A DNA stretch of 45,534 bases from an uncultured Desulfobacteraceae bacterium (lineage in GTDB: Bacteria > Desulfobacterota > Desulfobacteria > Desulfobacterales > CAZHA01), in contig CAZNFS010000003.1 of NCBI GenBank assembly GCA_964572695.1, forward strand, positions 1-45,534. Direction: 5' to 3'. The position numbers were made by a program, and so were the translations under genes. This document shows, piece by piece, positions 34,992 through 45,060 of the stretch. The stretch's first letter is position 1; each line of letters starts with the position of its first letter. The notes below the pieces were generated by a model, which was not told the DNA's origin, searched no databases, and saw only the letters and a list, made by a program, of their open reading frames with translations.

Positions 34992-35967
34992 AATCATGCC
35001 AAAAGAACCAGTCGTCCTTAAAGTTGTCAATCTGACCAAGCACTTTCCGGTTCGGAGCGGTCTTCTATCTAAACCCAAAGAATGGGTTCAAGCCGTCGAC
35101 GGCGTTTCGTTCAAATTGAAAAAGGGCCAAACCGTGGGCCTGGTGGGTGAGAGTGGCTGTGGGAAAACGACGACCGGTAAAATGATTATACGACTCATTG
35201 AACCTACCCGGGGAGAAATCGAATTGTATGGTCAAAATATTCTAAATCTCAAGCAGAATGAATTTAGAAGACACAGAACAAAAGTGCAGTTTATCTTCCA
35301 GGATCCCTATGCGTCCCTTAACCCCAGGATGCGTGTGGGAGAAATCGTGGGTGAACCCCTTAAAGTCCATGCAATCGCAAAAGGGCTGGCAAGGCAGCAC
35401 CGGGTGGCCGATATTCTTAAAAAAGTGGGACTTAAAACGAAACACATTAACCGCTTTCCCCATGAATTCAGCGGCGGGCAAAGGCAGCGGATCGGCATTG
35501 CGCGCGCGCTGATTTCAGACCCGGAAATCATCATTGCGGACGAACCTGTTTCGGCGTTAGACGTATCGATTAGAGCCCAGATCATCAACCTGCTTGAAGA
35601 CCTCCAGGAGGAATTTGGGTTGTCCTATCTTTTTATCTCCCATGACCTGAGCGTCGTGCGGTACGTTAGTGATGTGGTCGTGGTGATGTATCTGGGGAAG
35701 ATCGTCGAAAACGGGCCAAGATTTCATCTTTATTCTAAACCGCGACACCCCTATACCCAGGCCCTGTTGTCGGCCGTCCCGATCCCGAATCCGGATTCTA
35801 AAAGGTCCCGCATTTATCTAAGCGGGGATGTGCCGAGCCCCATTAGTCCCCCGGCGGGCTGCAGCTTTCACACCCGCTGTGAAAAGGCGGAAAATCTCTG
35901 TCGCGCAGAGGAGCCGATTTTAAAGGAGATAGAAGAAGAACACTTTGTGGCATGCCACTTTGATTAA
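34984..35967 (+). CDS. ABC transporter ATP-binding protein (DppF/OppF type)
   Basis: Walker A GESGCGKT, signature FSGGQRQR, Walker B IIIADEPVSALD. I prefer ATG 34984 (8-nt overlap with the upstream stop) over the track start 34915. Confidence 0.85.
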   Translation: MVEIMPKEPVVLKVVNLTKHFPVRSGLLSKPKEWVQAVDGVSFKLKKGQTVGLVGESGCGKTTTGKMIIRLIEPTRGEIELYGQNILNLKQNEFRRHRTKVQFIFQDPYASLNPRMRVGEIVGEPLKVHAIAKGLARQHRVADILKKVGLKTKHINRFPHEFSGGQRQRIGIARALISDPEIIIADEPVSALDVSIRAQIINLLEDLQEEFGLSYLFISHDLSVVRYVSDVVVVMYLGKIVENGPRFHLYSKPRHPYTQALLSAVPIPNPDSKRSRIYLSGDVPSPISPPAGCSFHTRCEKAENLCRAEEPILKEIEEEHFVACHFD

Positions 35968-36030
35968 AGCACCAGAGAATTTGCGTTTACAATTTCAATC
36001 CAATTAAAGAAGAAACAAAGGAGGAATCAC

Positions 36031-37005
36031 ATGACAGAAGTAATTCAGATTGGAAATCTTACCGTAGCACCGGGAGAAAAAAAATGTGGCCCCCTGGAAG
36101 TTGCCCGACGGCCGGATGGCTCCCAGATCTATATCCCGCTGATGGTTGTGAACGGGTCGGCCGACGGTCCGGTGCTCAACGCGAGCAGCGGGTGCCACGG
36201 AGATGAATTTGAGGGATCTGTAGCAATAAGGAGGTGGTGGCAGGCTTTGGACCCCAATTCAGTTAAAGGCGCATTTATAGGCGTACCGGTAATTAATGCA
36301 TCCGCCTACGAGGCAGGGACGCGAACAAGCTGGGTGGATCAATTAAATCTGAATCGCGTTTACCCCGGCAAACCAGACGGCAGTTTAACCGAAAAACTGG
36401 CCCATGTCTATTTAACCGAAGTGGTCTATAAAGCGGATATGGTCATGGATCTCCATGGGGGCGGGAATATACAGGTCATGGGGAATCAGACCGTCTGGCG
36501 GACCGAACCCGGGGAGGACGCGACGATTGTAAAATCCTTGGCGCTGGCCAAAGCAACCGGATTGGAATATATCTGGGTCGGCAGCGGCGGCTGGGGGGGA
36601 ACCGTGACGGTGGAAGCCCTGAAGAAGGGTATTCCTGCCATCACGGTGGAAGCAGGCGGTGAAGGGCGATGCCTGGAGCCGATTGTCAAAGTGCATGAAA
36701 AATTAATCGGAAATGTACTCAAAACCTTCGGAATAATTGATGGTGATCCAGAGCAAACTTCGGAATTCGTCATGTTTAAAGGTACTTTTTTACCCTGCAC
36801 CGTTGGCGGTTTATTTACGCCAATGGCTGAACTGCATGAACACGTGCGTAAAGAGCAAGTGCTGGGAACGGTCACAGACCTGTACGGAGAAGTGGTCGAA
36901 ACGATCAAAGCGCCCAGTGACGGTATTGCGTCATCGAAACGGACCTTCCCTGTTGTCCAACCGGGAGAGTGGGTCGTCCAGTTTGGGCAAATCATAGAGG
37001 AATAG
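36031..37005 (+). CDS. succinylglutamate desuccinylase/aspartoacylase (AstE/AspA) family zinc deacylase
   Basis: 324 aa. SGCHGDEFEG (the HxxE zinc site) and DLHGG motifs are typical of the M14-like AstE/AspA family. Confidence 0.75.
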   Translation: MTEVIQIGNLTVAPGEKKCGPLEVARRPDGSQIYIPLMVVNGSADGPVLNASSGCHGDEFEGSVAIRRWWQALDPNSVKGAFIGVPVINASAYEAGTRTSWVDQLNLNRVYPGKPDGSLTEKLAHVYLTEVVYKADMVMDLHGGGNIQVMGNQTVWRTEPGEDATIVKSLALAKATGLEYIWVGSGGWGGTVTVEALKKGIPAITVEAGGEGRCLEPIVKVHEKLIGNVLKTFGIIDGDPEQTSEFVMFKGTFLPCTVGGLFTPMAELHEHVRKEQVLGTVTDLYGEVVETIKAPSDGIASSKRTFPVVQPGEWVVQFGQIIEE

Positions 37006-37068
37006 GTTCGAAAAACCAAAATGAGCCGGCAGATTGCCCGGCCGTAAACAGCAAAAAGGAGGTAAGCT

Positions 37069-38586
37069 ATGAGCAAAAAAACGGGTTTAAAATTGGTTAT
37101 GATTTTCCTGGTCGGACTCTTCATTTTGGGTGGAACGCTGAATGCTGCGGCAGAAAAAAAGGAAATTACGGTCGCATTCAGCTCCTTTGCCCCATCGCTG
37201 GATGTGCAGGTTCAGTTTGCCATGCCGAGTTATAGTATGTGCCGCTACATTTATGACCCTTTGGTCTATTTTGACTGGGACATGAACATAAAACCCTGGT
37301 TGGCGGAACGCTGGGAGAAACTCGACGACTTAACCTGGAAATTTTATCTCAGAAAAGGGGTTACATTCCACAATGGGGAGCCTTTTAATGCGCAAGCCGT
37401 GAAGTACACAATGGAACGTTATCTCGATCCGACCCTTAAATCGCCCCAGAAAAAGCTCTACAAATTCACCAAAAACGTGGAGATTGTCGATGATTATACG
37501 GTTTTAGTTCATACGGAATTCCCCATGCGACCGCTGTTGAATTTCTGGGCCATCCAGGGTGTCATTCCGCCAAAGGCAGGAAAATCATATGAAAAATTTG
37601 GACTTAATCCCGTCGGAACCGGTCCATACAAATTTGTGGAATATCGACCCAATGACCGGGTGGTTGTTGCCGCCAACCCGAATTACTGGGGAGCAAAACC
37701 CAAATTTGAAAAAATTACCTATCGGCTCCTAAGGGAGTCTTCTACTCGAGTGGCCGCGCTTTTGGCCGGTGAGGTGGATCTCATTGCCAATGTTCCGCTG
37801 GAGTCCATCGCAAAGATTGAAAAAAATCCCAATACCGTTGTCAAAGCCGTCCCATCCCACCGTTTCCATTATCTGGCCTTCCATCAGAAGAAGTTCGAAC
37901 CCTTCAAAGACAAAAGGGTTCGGCAGGCCTTCTATTATGGAATTGACCGTGAAAGCTTGTGTAAATACATATTCGGCGGCATGGCCACCGTGGCCGAAGC
38001 GCCGATTGGCACCGGCGTATCCTATAGCCATCCCGGTTTGCCCCAATACAATTATAATCCGCAAAAGGCCAAGAAGCTTCTTGCCGAGGCGGGATATGCC
38101 GATGGGTTCAAGATCACCATCGGCACGCCCAACGGCCGTTATTTAAAAGATGTCGATGTGGCCACCGCCATCGCCGGGCAATTAAGAAAAATAGGGATTA
38201 CGGCTGAAGTTGCCCCCACCGATTGGGGAGTTTTCCGCGCCGAAAGAGGCAAGGGGAAGAAATCCAAATTTGACCTCTGGCTGGGGGCATGGGGGAACAT
38301 CAACGGGGACTCTGACTGGGCGGTGCGTTGGCTCAATCACAGTCCGACCCTGCACGGTCATACTGATCCGGCCATAGACGAGTTGATCGACAAAGGACGT
38401 GTCTCGTTAGATGCTAAAGAGGCCAAAGACGTTTACTTCAAATTGCAGGAAATCATTTGGACGGATGCACCTGTGATCTACCTTTATCGACAACCCAGCA
38501 TCTATGGGGCCAACAAAGACATTGCGGATCTTTTTGAGCCGCGGGCGGACGAGTTTACCATCTTCAAAGACCGCTATGGCGGGTAA
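37069..38586 (+). CDS. ABC transporter substrate-binding protein, family 5 (DppA/OppA/opine-binding type)
   Basis: 505 aa. N-terminal signal peptide (LVMIFLVGLFILGGTLNAAA). The size and GPYKFVEY/PNYWG motifs fit SBP family 5. Confidence 0.85.
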   Translation: MSKKTGLKLVMIFLVGLFILGGTLNAAAEKKEITVAFSSFAPSLDVQVQFAMPSYSMCRYIYDPLVYFDWDMNIKPWLAERWEKLDDLTWKFYLRKGVTFHNGEPFNAQAVKYTMERYLDPTLKSPQKKLYKFTKNVEIVDDYTVLVHTEFPMRPLLNFWAIQGVIPPKAGKSYEKFGLNPVGTGPYKFVEYRPNDRVVVAANPNYWGAKPKFEKITYRLLRESSTRVAALLAGEVDLIANVPLESIAKIEKNPNTVVKAVPSHRFHYLAFHQKKFEPFKDKRVRQAFYYGIDRESLCKYIFGGMATVAEAPIGTGVSYSHPGLPQYNYNPQKAKKLLAEAGYADGFKITIGTPNGRYLKDVDVATAIAGQLRKIGITAEVAPTDWGVFRAERGKGKKSKFDLWLGAWGNINGDSDWAVRWLNHSPTLHGHTDPAIDELIDKGRVSLDAKEAKDVYFKLQEIIWTDAPVIYLYRQPSIYGANKDIADLFEPRADEFTIFKDRYGG

Positions 38587-38610
38587 TCCTGCCTGTTGCC
38601 TGTGATGTAG

Positions 38611-38646
38611 GGGAGCGATTTTTCGCTTGCGAACAAGATCGCTCCC
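38611..38646 (+). terminator. hairpin after the substrate-binding protein gene
   Basis: GGGAGCGAT-18 nt-ATCGCTCCC (9-bp stem), 25 nt after the stop. No U-tract follows. Confidence 0.3.
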
Positions 38647-38717
38647 TGCCGCGGGCATCATCTCAACTTGAAGATAACCATATCGATTTTTCACTAGTGT
38701 TAATAACTACGTTCTAT

Positions 38718-38762
38718 CCTCACCCAAACCCGCTCTTTTGAAGGCAAAGGGTTTGGGCGAGG
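38718..38762. repeat. REP-like hairpin
   Basis: CCTCACCCAAACCC / GGGTTTGGGCGAGG forms a 14-bp stem with one mismatch and a 17-nt loop. It is intergenic. Confidence 0.3.
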
Positions 38763-38857
38763 ATGGGCGTGGGTGTTTTTGAAATGATTTGGATCGTGTT
38801 TTTAACACGAGTCAGCGTTTATTCTTCAAGTAATACAAGAGCTATAAAGGAAAGACA

Positions 38858-39979
38858 ATGAACGTCAAAGAGGCGGATATCGTAATAATTGGCGGCGGTA
38901 TCACTGGGTGCTCCATTGCGCTCCGGCTGGCCGAAAAAGGGCTCAACGTCATTTTGCTTGAAAAGGGTCTGGTGGGCGAGGAGGCTTCCGGTCGAAACGG
39001 AGGGGGAGTCCGCCAGCAAAACCGCCACCCGGCTGAACTGCCCCTGGCAATGGCGTCGGTTAAGATGTGGCGGACAATGAAGGAAGAACTGGATTGGGAT
39101 GTGGGATATCGGGTGAACGGAAATCTGCGCCTTGTGACCTCCGAAGAGGAATACAACACATTTCATAAGAACCCTGATTGGGAAAGAGAATTGGGACTCG
39201 ATGTGGATTTCATATCTCCTGAGGAAACACGCTCCTTAGCCCCGACGTTGTCAGATAATGTTGAACTCTTTGGGGCAACCTATTGTCCCACAGATGGAAC
39301 TGCGAACCCGCTTTTGGTCGTTAAGGCAATTGCCAGAAAGGCCCGTCGAATCGGTGTTGAGATAAAAGAACACGCGCCGCTTACCGGACTTAAAACTGAG
39401 GGGGATCGGGTTGTTTCCGCCCTTACGGATACCTGTGAATACCGGGCTCAAACCTTCGTAAATTCTGCTGGGCCCTGGGCCCGAACCATATGCAATTGGA
39501 TCGGCCTTGATTTTCCGGTCGATCTGAAAAGATCCCAGATTCTGGTCACAGAGGCTGTGCCGCGCGTCTTCGATCAGTTCATCAGTTTCGATGTGGGATA
39601 TCTCAGACAAACCATAGAGGGCAATATCCATCTCGGGGTCAGGAGCCAGCCGTTGGAAACATTTGACCGGCGGACCACTTTACAGGCTTTTACCGACCTT
39701 GGAAAACGGTTGCCGAAACTATTCCCCGTTCTCAAGCAACTCAATATTATTCGGGCATTTGCAGGGTTTACCCATTGGACCGCAGATATGATTCCTGTTT
39801 TGGACAAAGCACCCAACCTGAACAATTTATTTATGGCGGCGGGGTTCTCAGGACACGGGTTCTGCACAGGGCCCATTGTCGGCAAACTTATGGCTGAATG
39901 GATTGCAGACGGAAAAAGCTCTATGGATTTGAGCGCCTTTAAATGGACCCGGTTCAAGGAAATTTATCAGCAAAAATAA
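38858..39979 (+). CDS. FAD-dependent oxidoreductase (DAO family; HcnC/OoxB/sarcosine-oxidase-beta-like)
   Basis: 373 aa. N-terminal dinucleotide fold DIVIIGGGITGCSIALRLAEKG and C-terminal GFSGHGF motif. Confidence 0.8.
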   Translation: MNVKEADIVIIGGGITGCSIALRLAEKGLNVILLEKGLVGEEASGRNGGGVRQQNRHPAELPLAMASVKMWRTMKEELDWDVGYRVNGNLRLVTSEEEYNTFHKNPDWERELGLDVDFISPEETRSLAPTLSDNVELFGATYCPTDGTANPLLVVKAIARKARRIGVEIKEHAPLTGLKTEGDRVVSALTDTCEYRAQTFVNSAGPWARTICNWIGLDFPVDLKRSQILVTEAVPRVFDQFISFDVGYLRQTIEGNIHLGVRSQPLETFDRRTTLQAFTDLGKRLPKLFPVLKQLNIIRAFAGFTHWTADMIPVLDKAPNLNNLFMAAGFSGHGFCTGPIVGKLMAEWIADGKSSMDLSAFKWTRFKEIYQQK

Positions 39980-40000
39980 TTCAACGGACAAATTGATACC

Positions 40001-41413
40001 GTGAGCACTAAGAACAAAATACGAGAATCAAAACCGATTGCGGCCTCTGATCTGCTGGGTGATATGCTTGCCTCCATTCATTATGCAATGCTGCCACAAC
40101 AAACGCTGCTGGCGGCCAAGCAATTGGTGGTGGACAGCATCGGCTGTATGTTTGGCGGCACCCAATTGATACAGGGCCGTAAGATGGCCGATCACGTGTC
40201 ATCATGGGCGGGTTCAGGGAAGGCTGCGGTTGCAGGCTCCAGCCGGTGTATGAATCCCATTCAGGCCGGGTACCTGAATGCGTACCTGGCTAATTTGCTC
40301 GATTACGACGACACATATTTTGGCCATCCTGGTGCCACAGTTATCCCACCGGCGCTGGCGCTGGCCCATGAGTTGAATCTGAACGGAAAGCAATTCCTGG
40401 CCGCGGTGGTTGGCGGCTATGAGGTCGGTATTCGGGTGGCCGATGCCATTAAACCGTCTAAACGCAGGCTAAAAAAAGTGATGGGTTTGAGCACCTGGCA
40501 GGTATTCTGTTCCGCCGCCGCCGCCGCGCATGCCTTGAATCTTAACCGGGAACAGATGGTCCATGCCCTTAGCCTGGCGGCAATGAATGCGCCTGTGCCC
40601 TCATGCCGAAAACTGGGCATCCAAAGTGGTCGTGTAAACTGGCTTAAGAATAACTACGGGTGGACCGTCATGGGGGGCATGCTGGCGGCAATGACCGCCC
40701 AACAGGGTTTTATCGGTGATCCCAGTATTTTCGATGGACCGACCGGTTTCTGGGTCATGGCCGGTTCTGACCGGTATCGACCCGACGCGTTTCAGGATCG
40801 ATCACCCCGGAAGTGGGCCGCCCAAAGAGTCTCTCTTAAACCCTACGCTTCCTGCCGGCACCTTCATGCCACCCTGGATGCCATATATGCATTGAAACAT
40901 GAGCAGGGGCTCACTTGGGACAAGATAAAAAATCTAAATGTCTACAGTTTTTTCGAATTGGCGGACAGCTATAATTTTTCGCCGCAGGAACCGTTTACGA
41001 TACCCTTCAGTGGGCCGCATGTCATTTCACTCGCATTGCTAGACATTCCCACGGGTATTACCTGGTTTGATCCAAAATTTTTTTCCGATAGTCGCATAAA
41101 GACCCTGTCGAACAAGATCAAATTTCACTACTGGCCCGAAGCAGACCGTCTTTACGCAAAAGTGAAACGGGAAATGATTTCCAGGGTAGAAGTCCAAACA
41201 ACGGGGGGAGACCAATTATGCCGGGAGGTAAGATTGCCCAGGGGAGACCCCCGTAATCCGATCAGTGTCGAAGACACCCGGGATAAATTTTTCACACTTG
41301 TTCGACCGGTTCTGGGTACTGCGGGAACTGAGCGGGCCTACGCCCTGCTGGAAAACCTGGAAGATGTGACGGATTGTGCGGACCTGGCCGAGGTATTGCG
41401 TCCCATAGCATAG
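40001..41413 (+). CDS. MmgE/PrpD family protein
   Basis: 470 aa with a GTG start. The overall pattern (LVVDSIGCMFGG, DYDDT, HPG) is typical of the 2-methylcitrate dehydratase/MmgE superfamily. Confidence 0.75.
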   Translation: MSTKNKIRESKPIAASDLLGDMLASIHYAMLPQQTLLAAKQLVVDSIGCMFGGTQLIQGRKMADHVSSWAGSGKAAVAGSSRCMNPIQAGYLNAYLANLLDYDDTYFGHPGATVIPPALALAHELNLNGKQFLAAVVGGYEVGIRVADAIKPSKRRLKKVMGLSTWQVFCSAAAAAHALNLNREQMVHALSLAAMNAPVPSCRKLGIQSGRVNWLKNNYGWTVMGGMLAAMTAQQGFIGDPSIFDGPTGFWVMAGSDRYRPDAFQDRSPRKWAAQRVSLKPYASCRHLHATLDAIYALKHEQGLTWDKIKNLNVYSFFELADSYNFSPQEPFTIPFSGPHVISLALLDIPTGITWFDPKFFSDSRIKTLSNKIKFHYWPEADRLYAKVKREMISRVEVQTTGGDQLCREVRLPRGDPRNPISVEDTRDKFFTLVRPVLGTAGTERAYALLENLEDVTDCADLAEVLRPIA

Positions 41414-41493
41414 AGAAGCGAGGCTAATGGAATCAGACGGGACTGAATAACAGGAATCCCGCCCCAAAAGGAAATATAAAGGAGGTTCTTCTG

Positions 41494-41799
41494 ATGGCCG
41501 AAAACGACGCCGCAAAACGAATCGACAAAGAGGTCCAAAGAGGTGATCCGGTTGAAATCATCTTCGACGGAAAACCGGTGCAGTCCTATAGGGGTGAGAC
41601 TATTGCTGCGGCGCTCATTGCTTCGGACAACTTGACAAGTCGAACCATAGACGACCGTCCGCTGGGTGTTTATTGCAACATCGGCATATGCCACAGCTGT
41701 ATTATGAAGGTTAATGGCGTAAGCGGTGTACGTATATGCAAAACCCCCGTGTCCGATGGCTGTCAGATTGAAACCCAACACATGAAAAGAGACAGGTAA
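41494..41799 (+). CDS. (2Fe-2S)-binding small subunit (HcnA / opine-oxidase small-subunit-like)
   Basis: 101 aa. GETIAAALIA...GVYCNIGICHSCIMKVNG...RICKT Cys pattern. Confidence 0.7.
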   Translation: MAENDAAKRIDKEVQRGDPVEIIFDGKPVQSYRGETIAAALIASDNLTSRTIDDRPLGVYCNIGICHSCIMKVNGVSGVRICKTPVSDGCQIETQHMKRDR

Positions 41800-41800
41800 G

Positions 41801-43210
41801 ATGAAAACGAAATATAAAGTCGTTATCGTCGGTATGGGACCGGCCGGTATCTCAGCCGCCATAGAACTTGCCCGATGCGGGATCGATGTGGCGCTCGTGG
41901 ATGAAAATGAGGAACCGGGAGGTCAGGTTTACCGCCATCCGCCAAAGGAATTTACAATTCACAATAGGGACTTTTTGGGTTTGAGATATCGTGTCGGGCA
42001 GCCTCTCATGCAACAGTTTTACCAGCACAGGGATAACCTGGAAATACTCACCGGCACATTGGTCTGGGGCGCTTTTGAAGACTCTAAGCTGTCTCTGCTG
42101 CAGGGGGATGAGATTAAAATCATTGAATTCGACAATTTACTTCTCTGTGAAGGCGCCATGGAACGTTCCATACCATTTCCGGGATGGACCCTCCCCGGTA
42201 TCATGACCATCGGAGGGCTGCAAAAGCTCCTCCTTCATCAGAGGCTCCTGCCGGGCAAACGGTTTGTGCTTTCGGGCTCAAGCCCGCTCCTTTTTTCGGT
42301 GGCAGCCAGTTTGCTGAAAGCCGGCGGCGAGATCGTGGCCTTGTGTGATACCCTTACGCGGTGGGAATCTATGGGTCTATTTCCTGAAATTATTCGACAA
42401 AGGGGCCTGTTGCGTGAAAGCTTCTCATATCTTTATCCCGTATATAGGCATCTTGTACCGATCCATCGTCCATATACGATTGTGGGAGCTGCCGGCGATT
42501 CTCGCGTCAATGAAGTCACCATTTCAAAATTGGACGATCGCTGGAATCCAATCGCCGGCTCCGAGAGAAGCATGGCGGTTGATATCGTCGCTGTCAGCTA
42601 TGGCTTTCTGCCTTTGTCGCGATTGACGCGCTTGTGCGGATGTGATCAAATATTTGATCCGGTTCAAAGATACTGGAAACCATGGACAGATGAACATTTA
42701 CAAACCAGCATACCAAATATCTATTCCGCCGGTGATTCCGCGGGCGTGGGTGGTGCCGATCTGGCGGAGATCGATGGCCGCATTTTTGCGATTCAGCTGG
42801 CGGCGGAAACAGGACAAATTTCAGCCCGGGAGCATAAAAGCAGGATAACCCCTCTGTTTAAGAAAAAGGAACGGATCAACCGCTATGTTACCGCTCTTAA
42901 CAGCGTCTTTGCTCCCCGTACCGGCCTCTACAACATCATGGACGATGAAACGGTTGTGTGCCGCTGCGAACAGATAACGGCCAGGGAGATCTATGACGGC
43001 ATCGATAACAAAAATTATTCCAATATTAATGAGATGAAAAGGACAAGGATCGCCATGGGCCCCTGCCAGGGGCGGACCTGTGAATCCATCGTGACGCAAA
43101 TGATGCAGCATAAAGGCATCACACCCAGAAAAGGCGGTTATCTGTCTATCCGGCCGCCGATAACACCGGTGCCCATGTCGATGTTTGAAACATATGCCGA
43201 CTCTCCATGA
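41801..43210 (+). CDS. FAD/NAD(P)-binding oxidoreductase with BFD-like [2Fe-2S] domain (HcnB/OoxA-like)
   Basis: 469 aa. VVIVGMGPAGISAAIELA, a second dinucleotide region, and VCRCEQITAREI...GPCQGRTC, the BFD-like 2Fe-2S motif. Confidence 0.8.
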   Translation: MKTKYKVVIVGMGPAGISAAIELARCGIDVALVDENEEPGGQVYRHPPKEFTIHNRDFLGLRYRVGQPLMQQFYQHRDNLEILTGTLVWGAFEDSKLSLLQGDEIKIIEFDNLLLCEGAMERSIPFPGWTLPGIMTIGGLQKLLLHQRLLPGKRFVLSGSSPLLFSVAASLLKAGGEIVALCDTLTRWESMGLFPEIIRQRGLLRESFSYLYPVYRHLVPIHRPYTIVGAAGDSRVNEVTISKLDDRWNPIAGSERSMAVDIVAVSYGFLPLSRLTRLCGCDQIFDPVQRYWKPWTDEHLQTSIPNIYSAGDSAGVGGADLAEIDGRIFAIQLAAETGQISAREHKSRITPLFKKKERINRYVTALNSVFAPRTGLYNIMDDETVVCRCEQITAREIYDGIDNKNYSNINEMKRTRIAMGPCQGRTCESIVTQMMQHKGITPRKGGYLSIRPPITPVPMSMFETYADSP

Positions 43211-43359
43211 TAAGTGAAGCTGACCGGAGGTTCAATCAACAGCCCGTTGCTGTTCCAGTCAAAGCTGCTTTGGGGGGGCAATATGAAGCTTGGATGGCAG
43301 GGAATAGTGCAGGCAAACAATAAAATTTCAGCAAGCGTCTTTTGATTGAGGAGTAAAAA

Positions 43360-44127
43360 TTGCGACTCAAAGACAAGGTGGCGCTGATTACCGGTTCGAC
43401 CTCTGGTATCGGACGCTCTTCGGCCGTGATTTTCGCCCAGGAAGGGGCCAAAGTCGTGATCTGCGGCAGAAGGGAAAGAGAGGGAAAGCAGACCAAAGCC
43501 ATGGTTGAGGCTGTGGGTGGTCAGGCCTTATCTTTCCAAACCGACGTCACCAGCACTTCGGACGTGGACGGTATGGTAGCTGAGGTAATCGAACGGTTTG
43601 AACGAATCGACGTTCTTTTTAATAACGCCGGTACCAATCCTGTGGAAGGCAGAACCGCCGTCGCGGATTGTCCCGAAGATATTTGGGATACGATAATGGA
43701 TGTAAACGTAAAAGGTGTCTACCGTTGCTGCAAGGCGGTCATTCCCCATATGATTCGAAATGGCGGCGGTTCCATTATCAACACATCGTCCGTTTTCGGA
43801 TTGGTTGGTTTTAAAGAGCGGGCCGCCTATGCGGCCTCGAAAGGCGCTGTTTTGCAGTTAACCAAAGCCATGGCCGTTGATTACGGGTCTTACAACATTC
43901 GCATTAACTGCATCTGCCCGGGCATGATAAAAAATGAACGCGTTAAGAACCGTCTCCAAAAAGCCGCGGCGAAAGGCACCCTGGAACAAATCTTGGCTGA
44001 TTTTCCCTTGCATCGAATAGGCGAACCGGAAGATGCTGCACGTTTGGCCGCCTTCCTTGCATCCGACGCGGCCGGCTGGATGACGGGAGCGGCCGTGCCT
44101 TTGGATGGCGGCTTTACAACCAGATGA
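43360..44127 (+). CDS. short-chain dehydrogenase/reductase (SDR)
   Basis: TTG start after GAGGAG. TGSTSGIGR cofactor motif, NNAG, and catalytic YAASKGAV. Confidence 0.85.
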   Translation: MRLKDKVALITGSTSGIGRSSAVIFAQEGAKVVICGRREREGKQTKAMVEAVGGQALSFQTDVTSTSDVDGMVAEVIERFERIDVLFNNAGTNPVEGRTAVADCPEDIWDTIMDVNVKGVYRCCKAVIPHMIRNGGGSIINTSSVFGLVGFKERAAYAASKGAVLQLTKAMAVDYGSYNIRINCICPGMIKNERVKNRLQKAAAKGTLEQILADFPLHRIGEPEDAARLAAFLASDAAGWMTGAAVPLDGGFTTR

Positions 44128-44287
44128 GACAATCGAAGCAAAGGCGCTTGACGTTTTGAGCCAGGTCTGTGATTAGCAGAAAGACAAACCGGGCCCGGGT
44201 GATGCACGTGACCGGAGGCAGGGCGCCTCAAAGTCGAATTGTAACGGCTTCTATGTAAACATATTATTTTTGAGGTTATAAATTGCC

Positions 44288-44965
44288 ATGACAGCAGTTA
44301 AAAAACAATTGGGCAGAGTTCGTTTGCAGCCGGTGGGGCTGGTCGAGCAGATCTTGAATATTTTGGGTAATGCCATTTTACAGGGCGAGCTAAAGGGCGG
44401 CGAGCAGCTTGTTGAGTCCGAACTCAAGGACCATTTTGGTATCAGCCGGACCCCGCTCCGGGAAGCATTTCGTGAGCTGGAGCAAAAAGACCTTGTTGTG
44501 ATTGTTCCCCGCAAAGGAACTTTTGTAAAAGAATTTGGTTTTAAGGACATTAAGAATTATTATTCGGTGCTTTCTGTTTTGGAAGGCCATGCTGCCAAAG
44601 AGGCTCATCGAAAGTTGGGTGTGGAAGATGTGGAAGAAATGGAGCATGAGCTGGCTAACATGGCCCGTGTGGCAAAAGAAAAAAATAACCAGGCCTATGT
44701 AGAACACCACAAGCTTTTTCACAATGTGTTCATTGAAGCATCCGGAAATGAAATTCTGATAAAATTGATTCATAATTTACGCCCCCAAGGTGACAGGTAC
44801 AGGTATTTCTACAATCGTACCTTAACTTATTTTAAAGGGAGCTTGGCGGTTCACAGGAAGATTTTGAATTTATTCAAAGAGGACAATGTGGATTCCGAGA
44901 CGGTCGCCAAAGCCGTTAGGGAACACATTGAGGCCTTCGCCGAAAGGCGTAAGTGGAATCTTTAA
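44288..44965 (+). CDS. GntR-family regulator (FadR/FCD subfamily)
   Basis: 225 aa. N-terminal wHTH (LVESELKDHFGISRTPLREAFRELEQKDLV) and an all-helical C-terminal FCD-like domain. Confidence 0.85.
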   Translation: MTAVKKQLGRVRLQPVGLVEQILNILGNAILQGELKGGEQLVESELKDHFGISRTPLREAFRELEQKDLVVIVPRKGTFVKEFGFKDIKNYYSVLSVLEGHAAKEAHRKLGVEDVEEMEHELANMARVAKEKNNQAYVEHHKLFHNVFIEASGNEILIKLIHNLRPQGDRYRYFYNRTLTYFKGSLAVHRKILNLFKEDNVDSETVAKAVREHIEAFAERRKWNL

Positions 44966-45060
44966 GAACATCGTCTCATGAATTAGGGCCTGCTGAATAA
45001 ACAATAAACTATTGTATTATGGGTCCGTCTATCCCATCTCTCCCCAAAGATCACCCAAAA

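Noticed and set aside
38819-39166. 115- and 105-aa minus-strand ORFs over the start of the FAD oxidoreductase gene
   Set aside because: They are antisense to the canonical GGGITG dinucleotide-binding N-terminus and have no motifs of their own.
43295-43311. sigma-54-like TGGCAG...GTGCA upstream of the SDR gene
   Set aside because: The GG-to-GC spacing is one nucleotide too long and the -12 region is poor.
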